64,000 nucleotides of DNA from the human T2T-CHM13v2.0 reference genome, Homo sapiens (GCF_009914755.1 NC_060925.1), one strand, 5' to 3'; positions 15,996 to 31,228 are shown, counted from the stretch's first letter. The notes: a model not told the origin generated them from the letters alone. Numbers and translations: made by a program.

Positions 15996-17129
15996 TTAGT
16001 GTGCCTTTTAAGTTTTACTCGCTTGACTGGAATAGCTGAAGCTCTCATTTCCTTTTGTTATTTATTGTCAACATAGATTATCACTTTATGAGTCTTTTTT
16101 GATCATTAAAAAATAGAGAAAATGGCTCCAAAAATGAATCTGTTTTGTTTTCCAAACATATTACCTTTACAATAGGACTCAGAAACTGATGGCCAGGTTG
16201 GTCTTTCTTTTACAGTTAGCTATTTTCTATGATCTTAGTCGGAGTACCTTGCAGAAAGTAGGGTTAAAGAGCTTTGGTATCTTAAATCCTGGTTTTCTGT
16301 TGCTTTCCTCATTTTAAGAGAGTTCTTAATTCAATCTTGTGAGGAAGTAGGATTAACATGCGCAGTTATGCCTGGAGAGTCAAGAAACCCGCATTTCTGG
16401 ATCCCCAACTTAGACCACTGACTCACAGTTTCTAGATACAGAAGCTGCATTTCAGACCACAACCCTAGGTAATCACGGCGCATGTGGACCACACTGCACA
16501 TTGTGGACAGCACAACTCCAAGACAATAATGAGATCCCAATAATTTTGATACTTCCAAGTAAAGAACAGAAGTCCATTATTTAAACTTATAATTGTTAAA
16601 TTGTTTGACTTTGTAAATAGTTTTTGGAAACTGTCCCTTCCTGCCCTCTTCCTGTGTCCTTCTTCTCTCTTCACTTCCACACAGCATTCTCCCTGAATAC
16701 CTCTTTTTTGCATGTTCTTCTGCCTGGAGTCACTAATCCAATGTCTTTGTTCCCCAGGAATTCATCCTTGATTCATATATTTTATCACTATTTTTGGACC
16801 TTCCTATTACATCTGTCTTCAACTACTGCTCATACGCAGGACCCAAATTTCTATCTCATACCCAGACCTCTTTTCTGAATATTGGATCCCCAGCTCTAGT
16901 CAGCTGTCTTATGGTAAGTTCAATTTGAATGGCTCCAAAGACCTCAAAGCCAACATGTCCAAAGTTGAAATTAATGTTGCCCCAACAACAAAAATACATC
17001 TGCCTTCTTCTGAATTCTCTATTTCAGTTTCAATGTATGCACCATAATGCATTCATTTGCTCAGTCCACATTCTGGGAGGTTATCCTTTCATCCTCTTTA
17101 GAAAAAATCCTTTTAGTTCTTTTCTTAAA

Positions 17130-17280
17130 TATACATATTTTTTATATATAAGATATATAATATAGTTTATTAATGCTAATATTACTTATATAGTTTATTA
17201 TAATATATAATAAACTATATATTATAAACTATGTAATATACATATAAATGATATATAATATAAACTAAATATATAAACTA

Positions 17281-17335
<55 letters not shown>
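17130..17335. repeat. AT-rich low-complexity tract ending in (TG)n(TA)n
   Basis: Directly visible. Confidence 0.9.
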
Positions 17336-17341
<6 letters not shown>

Positions 17342-17829
17342 TAGCTTCTATCACACCTTGGCCCAAGGCATCATAATTTCTTACTGATATTATTATAATG
17401 ACTTCTTTTTTGTACAACCTTTTAGTAGTACTGTTTTCCTCAAAACGATTCCCGCACTGCTGCCGGGTTGATCTTTCTAAAATGCAATTCTGATCACTCA
17501 CTCCCTTGCTTCAAATGCCTCCATTGCTGCCAGAATGATAAAAACCCCTGGGTATGAGGTACATGCCCTACTTACTGTGAACCTGTCTGGTCTCATTTCT
17601 CATCATCCTGCCTCTGATGCAGGATGCAGCCTCGCTGAATTCCTCTAGGGTCATATGGAGAATGTACCATATTTTTAGAACTTTGCACATTCTGTTCCCG
17701 TTGCGGTGATTGTCCTTATCCCCTTCTTTGACAGAAGAACACCTACTTAGCTTTCAATCCTCAGTTCCAGAAAACCCATCGTAATTTCACCCGTTCTCTC
17801 AACTTTCCTATGTTCTCTCATCTTAATGT

Positions 17830-18400
17830 GATTAAGTGCTGGAGGAAGTCACTTAGAGGATTTCAGGGCCGATTAAAAATATGTGGCCAGGAGGTGGCAG
17901 CAGCAAGCACGAACTTTACTTCAGTAGGCATGAAGGCAGGGAAAGTACCTCCCAGCATGACACCTCGAGAGGGTAAGGTGTGGGAGCCACCATCTAGAAA
18001 AGGAGTGGGGGAAGGGGACTCCTCGGGGTGAGGGGATCAAGAGGAGGTTTATGCATCTAGGCAAAGTTGCTCAGTAGCCTGGCAGGGCACTTCTGAGTCA
18101 GAAAGCTCCGAAGGGGAGCAGTGGTTTGGAAATTGCTCTAGTCCCATGGTTTTATCGTATCCATGGGTATGAGATACGGGTATGGGTAGCAGATATTGGG
18201 TGTAGTATTGCAGGATATAAGAAACCGGCAGATTCTAAATGGCTAAAAATCTGCTTCACTGGGTGATAGTTAAAACAATTGGATGTGTGAAAATTTGAGT
18301 TTGGTACTGGTGGGCTTTTGAGTAAATAAATGGATCTCAGGCTGCTGTGAAGAAATAAATAATCTAGTGACCAATATAGACGTACCATATTTATTTGGTG
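17830..18400. mobile_element. Probable old ERVL-type LTR (family uncertain)
   Basis: GC-richer, purine-biased block interrupting L2, with LTR-like composition. Confidence 0.35.
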
Positions 18401-20079
18401 CATTTATATGACAGATGCCTCCGTGAGGCAACACTTTTACCACACTGCACTATTATTACATTTTACCTCGTTTGTGCTTCCCATAACATAGATTCCTGGA
18501 GAGAAGAGGCAAGTTTGTATTATTCTTGATATGGACTTCATCAGATCCAGAATAGTGTTTGATGCAAAGTGGAACGCTAATAAATGTTGGTTTCATGAAT
18601 AATTCCATATATATTGAACTTGTCCAGGAGCGATCATCCTACCAGGTGCTAGAAGAAAGTCTCATCTCCACAGACACACCTGATTCAAGCTAGTTTGAAG
18701 TTTGTATTCATACGGGACACAGGCAGTGGTTTAATTTCAAACCCCGAAATCTTTAGGTTTGAGGTAATTTATTTTCTAAAATACAACCCATTTCTAGAAA
18801 AATCATAGCAAACTCAGAACGTATGGCAATAGGCCAAGGTCATCTTATTCAGATTTCAATCCTGTTATATTCTTGGAGAGATTTTTTTAAGTCATTTTCA
18901 CTATAATACTTGTCTCAAAACTTGTAGGATCGGAGGATGTGCAGTCTGAGGCCCAAGTGAGTCCATGAGCATCAGCCTGGTTTGTTCATGCATTTGGGTT
19001 ATGATGCTGCCTCGCTGAGCAATTCCTTATGGTAGGAGGGTCTAATAACCTTCACAGGCCACGGAGATGGAAATAAAGTGTAAAGCTGGAGAAAAAATCC
19101 AGTTGGCTACACAGGGGAACCAGAGTTATCAGAAGGGACAGTTAGTTTAAATATGGAGAAGACTCCTAACAAGAGGCTAGGTCGTGAATACAGATAAGAC
19201 ATTTTAAATAGCAAACATAACTCAGTTGTGTTAAATAATCGTAGAAATCGTTGGCTCCACTCAGAGACTAATAACTGAAACGTGTACAAGTGGTACAAGT
19301 TTCAGAGTAGTTTGATTAAGGCTCCAGCTCATATCTCCAATTCACTAGGCTCTTCCCTTGTTCTTGTGTTCTTTTCACGTATATAATAAAATAGTTACAG
19401 TGGTTTCTGTTTCACTGCTACATATCACACCAGTCATAAAGAGGGTGAGCATCTGGGCTCCCAAACACAGAGAAAAGTCCTCAAACTTCACTCTTTGCAT
19501 CTGTTTAGATGATGAGGCTAACCCTAAATTTACTTTTGTCCAGGGGGAGTGGAGTGCTCTAATTGGCCTCACCTAGATCATGGGTTTCACATCAGAAAAT
19601 ATATATTTCTCCTACACATTATGAAATCCTCTATAGAAATCTGGGGTTATAGCTGGTGGTAGGGACAATGGACGGGGAAAGGCGACCAATAGGCCTCACC
19701 AAAGGTAGGGCGTCCTTCTGGATATTGAAGATATTTAATCTTTGTGGCAACTCAAGCAAACCAACCAAAATTTGCATAGTAAATATTTGTAGTTAGCCTC
19801 CAATTTGTTTGTTTACTTCTTATCAGCATTTCAAATGTCTTCCAAAGGCATTAATACAATCTTTTATCTTGTTTATCATGTTCATTTTCTAGGCACACTG
19901 CCTTTTATGAATCAAATTAAACTTCATTATGCGTCTAGTCTGTGCTCACATTCCAAATTTGTGTTGTCTCAACGAACAAGACCTGGCTTTATTTGACACG
20001 CTAGATATAATATCCGAAGAACTAATAGAGTATAAAATGTAAACTGTCATGAAAATAGTGGCAATAGCTAACTAATTTC

Positions 20080-20378
20080 CAAACATCAGTTTTCAGCGTA
20101 AATATTCCTTTTTCAGAGAGATGTTTGCTAACCATTCTATCTAGGAGAAATCTCCTTCTATTATTCACATCAGTTCTTTATTTGTATGCTCATGCCACTC
20201 ATCAGTGCCTTCTTCTCTAGATCACAAAGTAGCTACTTTGTTTCTTCCTTCTTTCCTTCCTTCCATCTTTTCCTAGAATGTAAGTTCCATCTGTCTTATC
20301 CATGGGCACATTTCTAGTAGTACTCAGCACAGTGCTTACCTTATAGGAGACACTCATGAATATTTGTTAAGTGAGCCT
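20080..20378 (+). mobile_element. L2 3' end
   Basis: ctagaatgtaagttccat..cagcacagtgct..actcatgaatatttgttaagtga. Confidence 0.65.
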
Positions 20379-21609
20379 GTTGAATTACCTTTATTATGGT
20401 GTGTCCTGTGTGGCCCATGGCTATGTAGGTAATGGACCAAGACCCAGTTTTATAGGAGATAATTGTGCAGCAGAGGAAATCCAACCTGATGCGTGGGGCT
20501 GGGCCCCAGGAATGTGCTGCTCTTTGTATTTTGTTGTAACCAACTGAAAGAGCCTTGGCTGACATTTGTAACTGTGAGCCTCTGAATAACACAAGTAAGT
20601 TCCTCCCAGGGGGGAAATCATATGCAAGAATGAAATGTATGATACATCTCGCCCAAACTGTTAACAACATATGAAAATAAATCATCTCGGAAATTGGAAG
20701 TTTGTATTTGAATATTAGACACCTGTTTAATTATGGAGTGAAATGTCAAGGAAAAAAACCACAATTACTTTATACTCAGAACATAGAAAATATAGCCGAG
20801 ATTTGACAGTCTCACTCCATCTGATTTTTCTATTCTGTCTTTCTCGCTCCTGTCACATTTTATTTCACCATTTATCTGGAACAAATAAATGTGAAATTGC
20901 TTTCAACATTTTCCTGACCTTGTTCGGTAGATGAGTATTGAGGAAAAATGGGACTTTGGTTTTCTACATGGAATGAGCTTATTGTAGCTCTTTGTGTTAC
21001 GGCAGTTCCTTTTAGGAGAATGTGTCACTCTTTATTGAATGCAAATGAGCTTCATGAGTAATATTCAAATCCAAAAAAAGATGAATGCCAGTGGAAGCAG
21101 CTAGTGTCTCTCTATCCTTTTTTCTTTCATATATTTTGAGATTTTTGGATAGTAGAAAAGAAAAATGTTATTTTGAAATATCTCTTTTTTCTTGTAATGA
21201 GAGAAGAAAGCTAAATTCCCTGTATGTAAGAATATAAATTTGATAGAAGTAATAATTTTAAATTGGGCAGTAAATGAGCCAGTGATGTGGTGTTGTGGTT
21301 ATTCTGCCTGAACTTAATAAGACTATGAAATAAAAATATCCTCCACATAATAAACTAAGAGAATTAAAGAAAGAGTTTTCCCTATTAATTCTAACATGAG
21401 TCATATGAACTAGTTAGGGCTTGACTATATAATTGCATTTACTAATGAAAAAGTGTCATAGCGTAAATCCCTTTACCTTTACTCTGTCTTGTATCTTCAG
21501 AATTTAGTTTCAATAACATCATAATACTTTACTCATACTAATGAGTGATAGAATAAGCATGCAAAATTGTATTTATACAATGGATTACAGTTTTAATTTC
21601 ATTTTGTCC

Positions 21610-21775
21610 TCCCAGCCATTGGTAGCAGATATTATTCTTTCATTAGATTCCAAGACATTGAGAGGCAAGATGGTCAAAGACCAGCTCAAAATGACACTGG
21701 TGAATCAGTGGCAGAGATAAGGCATGAATCTAGGAGTTCTGAACATCTAGGAGTCTATTTTTCCCCCCACTACCT
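21610..21775 (-). mobile_element. MIR fragment
   Basis: gtagcagatattattct..cagtggcagagataaggcatgaatctagg. Confidence 0.5.
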
Positions 21776-22163
21776 AAAGTGCTACTTTCCATTCATGGTG
21801 AAGTCAAATGAGTCAGAAACAGACTGAGATGCCCGTCCTCAGTGTCACACTCTGCCTGCCATGTAGATGCCTCCATTGTGGCTGTATGTTTTTATTCCAA
21901 TTTGCCTTTCCTGCCTTCCATTTTCATTGTATCGTATTCTTGAACATCATTCCCTGGCCATCTGGACAGATGTCCTCCAATGGCCATAGCAGAGCCCTCA
22001 TTGCCAGCTGCTGCACACCTGTTTCCTTCCCTTCTGCACTTCACCACTACAAGTAACCTTTTCATGTCTGTCCTTGACATTATTTTGATTTTTGTATTCA
22101 AGAAGCAGTAAATTATATCATAACACACATAAGAAAGAGGCTTTGTTCTACTCTAAAGAAACT

Positions 22164-22337
22164 TGTTAGATAAAATACGAAGTACTCAGGTAAATTTGAA
22201 TTTCAGATAAAAAACAAAAAATGGTTTTTACTATAACAGATATTGCACAGGTCATACGTATACTAAAATATATTCATTATCTGGAATTTGAATTTAACTG
22301 TGTGTCCTATGTTATTATTATTAAATTTGGCCACCCG
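22164..22337. mobile_element. MER53 palindromic MITE
   Basis: agataaaatac..taaatttgaatttcagataaa ... tatctggaatttgaatttaactg..tttggccaccc; self-complementary arms. Confidence 0.8.
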
Positions 22338-23666
22338 AACTATAAGTAGTATGAGTCTTAAGTCACCTGAGGCTTCATTTAGTAGTTTTAGTATGGGGTG
22401 ATTATACAGATAGAATTGGAATATGTGCAAAAATCCACAAGTGAATATACATAAGTAGCATTTTTCATGTCAAAAAGATACTTGCTTCCGCTCCAGTGAC
22501 TAAGTCTTGCAGAATTCACCAAGATCACATGTAGAGGCAAAATGCTGCCTGACAGATGGAGCATTAGCCTGCTTTCCATTATTAAACTGGGAAGTAAGTA
22601 TGCTGTGGTAGTTGCAAATGTCTGCAATAAAATAAAATTATGCTCCGACATCTCAGCAGATTTCAGATGATAAAATTCATGTCATGCTGCATGGCAGCGC
22701 GGCTTTCCTGTTAACATATTAATTCTGAAAATTATTGTGTGCTTAATATCAACATCTGACTTTAATAAATAAAATCCAAGCAGCATCCCTTGAGTTTCAG
22801 GCTACACTGTATTAATCTAGCACATTCGTGTGGCACCGTCCCTGGTGTGACCTTGGGGCAGGTACTGTGGGCCATACAAGGCTGGGGTTGGCAATTGAGA
22901 AGTTTATAATTTAGATGGAACTCATAATAAAAAAATGTACAAAGTCTTTGTCAAGTAAGGTGTCAGTAAAATTCCTGATTAGATCACTTTGTCTTTTCTA
23001 TATCCTGTTTCATTTTTTTGTACCGTCAATTTTGTTTATATGAGCTCTCATGTCTGTCTTCCATAGCTGTAATGTTCATTCTAACACCTAAAACGTTTAT
23101 CTTCTATATAATGGCACTTGCTTCTCACTCCGATTCTGCATGTCTTTTACTGTCTTTCTAGCCATGACCGTTATCTCTTGGGCAGCTTCCAATGTGTCTT
23201 TCACTGGTGTGATGATTCTGATATTCCCTTCCACATATTCAACCATGAGGTTTGGCATGAAAGTGACATATTTATTCAGTTTATCAACTCTTATGCTCAA
23301 TAGATATTTGTAACCCATTAAAAACAACAGTACCGTATTTTTGCTTATACTATATAAACAATCTTATGATTATTACCAGGAAGATCACTGACTGGCGTGT
23401 CTTTGAGGGCATTTGTAAATGCGAATTCACATCGTTTGTTCTAAAACGTAGGAATCTGTAATTTTACTTATTAATATTGGTGCTGTTTCCTTAATGAAAT
23501 TTTTAACAGATTTTTTAAATCTACCTTTTACTTGGCAATTATACAGTTAATTGCCATCAAACCCTAGATTTGGGAGGTATCTTAATAGAAATTTGAGTCC
23601 ACAAATGACAAAGCTAGGGGAATCTACTCATCATTAGTTCCATGAGGGATAAATCCTTAGTATGAC

Positions 23667-23805
23667 TGTGTTAACCAGGGCTCTCCCTAGAAGCAGAATC
23701 AATATGTATCATATATATGACATATATTGTGTAATATATTTTGTATAATACATATATATTTTAGTGTATAATATGTATTATATATAAAATATACACATAT
23801 AAAAC

Positions 23806-23842
<37 letters not shown>

Positions 23843-24247
23843 CCCTTATATATATAAAATAAGGAATCAGGTTTTAATAAGGTTCCATTGTGGAGGCTGG
23901 CAAGGCCCAAGATCTGGAGGGTGAGTCAGCCAGCTGAAGATCCAAGAGATACTGTGTTTCAGTTCAAGTGCTAAGGCAGGAGAAAAGCCCATGTCCTAGG
24001 TCAAAGGACATTAGAAACATTTCTCTCTTACTTTGGGGAGGGTCAGTCCTTTTGTTCTATTCAAGCCTTCCACTGATTGGATGAGGCCCACCCACCTTAG
24101 ACAGTATAATCTGCTTTACTCAGTCTACTGATTCAAATGTCAATCTCTTCCAACAACATTCTCAAAGAAACACCCAGAATAACATTTCAATATCTGGACA
24201 CCCAGTGACCCAGTGAAGCTGACACATAAATGAAATTGACCATCACA
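23667..24247 (-). mobile_element. MLT2B-type ERVL LTR with internal (TA)n expansion
   Basis: cagggctctccctagaagcagaa, actgattggatgaggcccacc, terminal gacacataaa..ttgaccatcaca. Confidence 0.85.
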
Positions 24248-24689
24248 AGTACCAAAAATTCAGTTGTAAAAATGGCTGCTGGGGCTCTATTATCAGTTCC
24301 CTTCTGGGGGATTCCTTTTGCTGTATGACTTCAGCTATGGTGTACTAGAAATATTCAGCTGAATTTTGTGGAATTATACTTTACACACTAAAAGCTAAAA
24401 CCAAAGCAGACAATGATTGGCCTTGCCAAATTAATCAACTAAAATGCCAAGAGAATTGGCTGTTTTTGTTTGTTTGTTTTTCTCATTTGTGGGTAGAGGA
24501 GGCAATAAATTAGATAATATGGAGATGAAATTATACATTCAGTCATCTTAATAACAGGCCCTAAATTGCCTATAACCGGTACAGTCCAGTGATGAATATG
24601 ATGTAGTACTACAAAGAACACAAGAAAGTTTTGTATTAATCATGTTGTATATTTTCTACATTTGATGATGTTTTGAATCATCAAGCTGC

Positions 24690-25800
24690 CATTTGATAAG
24701 AAGATGAGTATGCACAGAAGGAAGCCAGATGCTATTCATCAAGACAAAGGCAGGAATAGCTCTGAAGGTATTGCAGAGATCTTTGAGATTCCCACTCCCA
24801 TCTCAGGCCCAGAGTTCCAGGGCCTTGAGAGCAGAACAGTTTCAAAGGTGAGGCCCAGGGAGCCTTGTGGGACCTTGAAGCTTGCTGCCTCTAGCTGCTT
24901 CTGGGCTCTGCCCCCTGCCTTCTGATGCAGCGTTCCTTAGCAACCCCAGTTTTGGCATAAGTGTGCCCAGGTGCAGCTTGGGCAACCACTCTAGAAGGCA
25001 CAGTTGGTAAACCTTGGTGGTGTCCATGTGTTGCTAACTCTTCAGGCACTCAGAGTGCACGAGCTGTGGAGGCATGGCTGTCTCTACCTAGATTTCAAAG
25101 AATGTCTCTGAGAGCCTCAGGGGCCCGGGCAGAGAACTGCCGTAGGCATGGAGCTGCCAAAGAGGGTCCCCACCAGGACACGGCCCAGAGGAGTCATGGG
25201 AGCGGGGGCAATGTTTAGTGAAGCCATGGGAGTGGGGCTGCCCCTGATCCCTGAGAACTGAAGAGGCACCAGTGTGCAATTTCAACCTGGGAGAGCGGCA
25301 AGCATATGACGAGAATGCATGAGATCTGCTGTAGGGGCTGCACCCAGCAAAGCCATAGAGATGGGGCCACTCAGAGCCTTGGGGACCAAACTCCTGCCCT
25401 AGTGTATCTAAAAAGCACGACATGGGGTTAAAGATTATTCTCAAGCCTCCAGATTTAATAATGTTTGCTGTGTTGGGTTTTAGGCTTATTTGGGACCTGT
25501 TTCCCCTTTCTTCTTCCCTATTTCTTCCTTTTGAAATAAGAATGTCTATTCTATGCCTGTCCACCATTACATTTTGAAAGCAATAGCTTGTTGAATTCAC
25601 AGGTAGAGCATATGTCTCAGGACGAATCATACCTTGAATCTCACTCATACCTGATTTGGATGATATTTAGATGACACTCTGGACTTTTGACATTTGAGTT
25701 GCTGCTACAACAAGTTAAGACTTTGGGGGCCATTGGGATGGAATCAATGTGTTTTGCATGTGAGAAGGACATGAATTTTGGGATGCCAGAGGCAGAATGC
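24690..25800 (+). mobile_element. MaLR internal region (MST/MLT1A-int) 3' part
   Basis: ggtaaaccttggtggtgtccatgtg, gggctgcacccagcaaagcc, tgtgagaaggacatgaattttggg (PPT) abutting an LTR. Confidence 0.8.
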
Positions 25801-26468
25801 TGTGGTTTAAATGTATGTGTCTACCTCAAATTTATAGGTTGGAACCAAAAACCCAAAGCCATAGTATTAAGGGATGGAGTCTTTTAAAAGAAGTTGAAGA
25901 GGGTACCCAAGTGCCTTTTGTCCTTTGCTTCCCCTCTTTCACCATGTGAGGACACAGAGCTTGCCCCTTCTGCCATGTGCAGACCCGGCAAGAAGATACC
26001 ATCTCAGAAGCAGAGAAAAAGCCCTTACCAGAATCTGCAGGTACCTTAATCTTGAACTCTCCAGCCTCTAGAACTCTGAGACATAAATTTCCATTATTTA
26101 TTTTATTTTATTTTATTTTTTGAGACAGAGTCTCACTCTGTCGCTCAGGATGGGGTACAGAGGTGCAATCTCAGCTCACTGCAACCTCTGCTGCCCAGGT
26201 TCAAGCGATTCTCCTGCCTCAGCCTCCTGAGTAGCTGGGATTACAGGCGCCTGCCACCACACCTGGCTAATTTTGTATTTTTAGTAGAGATGGAGTTTCA
26301 CCATCTTGGCCAGGCTGGTCTTGAACTCCTCACCTCGTGAGCCACCCACTTCAGCCTCCAAAAGTGCTGGGATTACAGGCATGAACCACCACGCCCAGCC
26401 AATTTCCATTATTTATATATTAACTAGTCTCTGGTATTTTGTTATAGCAACAGGAATAGACTAAGACA
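25801..26468 (+). mobile_element. MaLR LTR (MSTD/MLT1A-like), split by Alu
   Basis: tgtggtttaaatg..ccatgtgaggacacag..cagcctctagaact..ttgttatagcaac..gactaagaca. Confidence 0.85.
26101..26400 (-). mobile_element. AluS
   Basis: Full dimer; 15-bp TSD aatttccattattta. Confidence 0.95.
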
Positions 26469-27290
26469 CAATAAATATGTATATACAAAAAGTGTGTGTT
26501 TATGGCTGTGGATTTGTAGTGCATGATTACATAAATTTCTCCAATAATTTGAATCATGTAATATTCTTGCACTGATAAAATCCTCTTCCCCAGAATATCC
26601 AGAAAAATTATAATACAGATCCATAATTCTTAAAAGATGTACAAATGCATTATATTACACAAAATAATACATGAATAATGTATTTGAATATTAGCCTGGG
26701 ATTCCCTGAGCAACATTAGCCATCAAAATCTACTCATTTCACCCATAGATTCTCATGGCAAATTCTTTTCTCATGCAGCTTAGGAAAACTGGAACATACT
26801 TCCTTAATTTACATCTTACATCTCACAAATTTTTCCAGATTTCCACTGAATGCATTTACTTCAGTCTTTTCCAACACTATAAGTTTGTATCTTCTCCTAG
26901 ACAGATCATTCTCGCTGAACCGTGTACAGGCTTTTGTGTTTAGCCAGAAGAAATCTCATGGACTGTCAATATCTCCCTCTTTCTTCCCTACTCCCACGTT
27001 CTCCTCCTTTTCTTTCCCTCACTGGCCCTTTTTTATTCTCTTTGTTCTTGGTCATCTTTTCACTTTCTTTCTTGTTTCCTTTGGATAATCTGCTGGAGAA
27101 AACAAATATGTCTCCCAGAATTGCAGACATTCTAGACCTTATTCCCTGGACCAAAGACTTTTTTTCAGTTTTTTTTTCTGGTTCTTTCTTTCTTTTTCTC
27201 ACATTCATATACCCATACCCACAAGTACGTATCACACAAACACTTACTGTTCATTTTCAATTAGTTGTATTTATTAAGAAAGCCAGGGGA

Positions 27291-27709
<419 letters not shown>

Positions 27710-27940
27710 TTAAACATAGAAGAAGCAAATATTTATTTATATAAAAGAAAATTCAAATGAAATTGCAAATTTTGGAAAGCTGCCTAATTCCACAAACATA
27801 AAATTCAGAAAAATAACATAATTTGATCAAATGCCTAACTTATCTCTATGTACTTTTTTCTACATTTCTGGAGTGCAAGAATTTTATTGGCCACTTCATG
27901 TGACAATGATGCTGTGGTACTATTTTTAGTAGAGAGAATA

Positions 27941-28268
<328 letters not shown>

Positions 28269-28879
28269 TTAACATGGTTTATCAATTATTTTTTCACTAG
28301 TGATAATTGAGAAAATTTTCACCCTAACAACTCAGTATTAGTGGTGTCAAGTTAATTTTTGGGATTGCTGTCAAATTTGGGAAAACATGTATCAAGTTTC
28401 TTTTATATATGAAGAGTAAGAGGTTTCAAGGCATTTCAAGTTTTTGTACAGAGAACACTCTCAAATAGTCTTTGAATTATCTACATTTCAAGTTTATCAT
28501 TAATACCCTCATTATAGAGATATATTATACATTTTATGTTATTTTCTTCAGTCGGTATTGAAAATTAAAATTTCCACTGTGATCATATGACTCATTTCTC
28601 TCCATTAATTGGACTTGTGGAATAAGTCAAAAGCTTCTTCATTACTTTGGTTCACAATTTATCTCTTCTTTTTAATGAATTATTGTTTTTGGCAAAACCC
28701 GAAAATTTTTTTTGTTATAATTAGCTTCTTGCTATCAAACCATTTATTTTAATTTCATCACTCATCCTTGTTACCTTAATTTCACATTACATTTTTATCA
28801 AAATATTGTTTTTGTTCTTTAATAAATAAATGTAAGGATGGCAAAAGAAGGTACTTTCACAGAAGTCTTTAATTTCTTT

Positions 28880-29200
28880 TTTTATTTGATTTTTATTTTT
28901 ACTTTTTTCTGAGATGGAGTCTCACTCTGTAGCCCAGGCTGGAGTGCAATGCCATCCGTGATCTCGGCTCACTGCAACCTCCACCTCCCGGGTTCTGGTT
29001 CAAGCAATTCTCCTCCCTCAGCCTCCCGAGGAGCTGGGATTACAAGCACGCACCACCATGCCCAGCTAATTTTTGTATTTTTACTAGAGACAGGGTTTCA
29101 CCATATTGGCCAGGCTGGTCTTGAACTCCTGACCTCATGATCCACCCGCCTCAGCCTCCCAAAGTGCTGGGATTACAGGTGTGAGCCCCCTCACCTGGCC
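28880..29200 (-). mobile_element. AluS
   Basis: Full dimer; TSD tttaatttcttt. Confidence 0.95.
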
Positions 29201-29212
29201 TTTAATTTCTTT

Positions 29213-29552
<340 letters not shown>

Positions 29553-30069
29553 CTAAATGTCTTTCTAAATTGTAGTTTATATGGTGTATTTTCTGCTTTA
29601 CTTAGCTGGATTTAAAAAAATGCTTGTGACCATTTCAAGGCCACTTAATATGAGGTAAGTGTAGCAGGGAAAGTGTGAGTGGAAAGAAACTGCAGTGTTA
29701 GTCAATCGCAGAAAGTTATTTTACATTTGCAAACTTTACAAATATATGTGAGCATGGAATGTAGTGCTAAGATCTTTCCCAGGGTGTTAGAAGGAGCCTA
29801 TAAAAGCTTGTGGTCCTGAGTCTAAGCTTCATTAATTTCATGAAAGAAATTTGCCTCTAGTGAGACATGGTATAAGATAACAATTTATACATGGATAATT
29901 ATGTCAAAGAAAAAATTAATTCAGATATATTATTTCTTTATGTCTTAAAATGCTCCTGAGGAAAAAGAGGACACAAGTATGATTCCCATTTTAAAGTCTT
30001 AAAGGGTCTCTGGCACACAGTGTGTTGGTAGAGATGTACACTAGCAGTAAAGAAAGTTGCTGACTGCTA

Positions 30070-31228
30070 GCACATCTTATGTACAAAAATTAACTCAAAA
30101 TACATGAACAAGTTAAAGACATAGGAGCTAAATCCATAAAAATCTTAGAAGAAGTCATAGGAGTAAATCTTCATGACTTTCTATTTGGAAATGAATTATT
30201 TGATATAATGCCAAAAACATGAAAAACAAAAGAAAAAGTAGATGAATTTGATTTTTACCAAACTTTAAAACTTTTTTGCATAACAGGACATTCTCAAGAA
30301 AGTAGAGGCATTCAACAGAATCGGGGGGATGTATTGCAAATCATATCTTATAAGGGCTTAATACCTGGAATATATGAAGACTGCTAAAACTAAACAACAA
30401 AAAGATAAACAAGCCAACTACAAAATAGGCAAAGGACTTAATAGAAATTTCTCCAAAGAAGATACACAAATGGCCAATAAGCACATGAGAAGCACTCATT
30501 AGTCATTAGGAAAATGGAAATCAAAACCACAATGAGCTACCATTTCACACACACTCTGATGACTGTAATTAAAAAAAAAAAAGAAATGAAATGTAACAAC
30601 TGTTGACAAGGATGTGGAGAAATTAGGAACTTCATATACTGCTGGTGAAAAAGCTAAACAGAATTACCAGAAGACCCAGCAATTCCACTCCTAAGTATCT
30701 AGCCACAAGAATTGAAAACAGGACTTAAAGAGATAATTGTATACTAATGTTCATTGCAACATTAGACACAATAGTTAAAAGATGGAAAGAACCCTAATTC
30801 TATCAACAATTGAATGGATAAACAAAATGTAGTATATCTATAAAATGGAATATTATTCAGCCACATAAAGGAATGAAGTCCTGATATATGCTACAACATG
30901 GACAAATCTTTAAAACAAGTGAAAATGAAAGAAGCCAGACAAAAGGATAAATATCATATTCCACTTGTAAGACATATCTATAACAGGCGAATTCTGAGAC
31001 TGTTAGTAGAATCAAAGTTTGCAGGGACTGTAACGAGGGGAGGATGGGGAGTAATTAATTAAGGATGACAGGATTTCTGTCTGGGGTAATGAAAAAGTTT
31101 TGAAAATAGATAGTAGTGATGGTTGCATAACATAGTGAATGTACTTAATGCCACTAAATTGTATGCTTAAAAATAGTTCAAATGGCACGTCATGTTATAT
31201 ATATTTTACCACATTAAAAACATTTTAA
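30070..31228 (+). mobile_element. L1MB 3' end (ORF2 tail and 3'UTR)
   Basis: atttctccaaagaagatacacaaatggccaataagcacatga, gacccagcaattccactccta, gtgatggttgcataacatagtgaatgtacttaatgccact. Confidence 0.88.

Larger units (their letters stand above)
16630..18602 (+). mobile_element. L2 LINE fragments, interrupted by AT repeat and an LTR
   Basis: ctcaaagccaacatgtccaaagttgaa, gatctttctaaaatgcaattctgatca, and 3' end taataaatgttgg..tgaat. Confidence 0.65.

Noticed and set aside
23097-23327. 76-aa minus-strand ORF in unique DNA with plausible composition
   Set aside because: No recognisable homology, a non-ATG start and no convincing splice boundaries; a TBLASTN or PhyloCSF test would be needed.
25088-25648. 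Longest ORF (186 aa, minus strand)
   Set aside because: Antisense to MaLR internal sequence; no recognisable domain.
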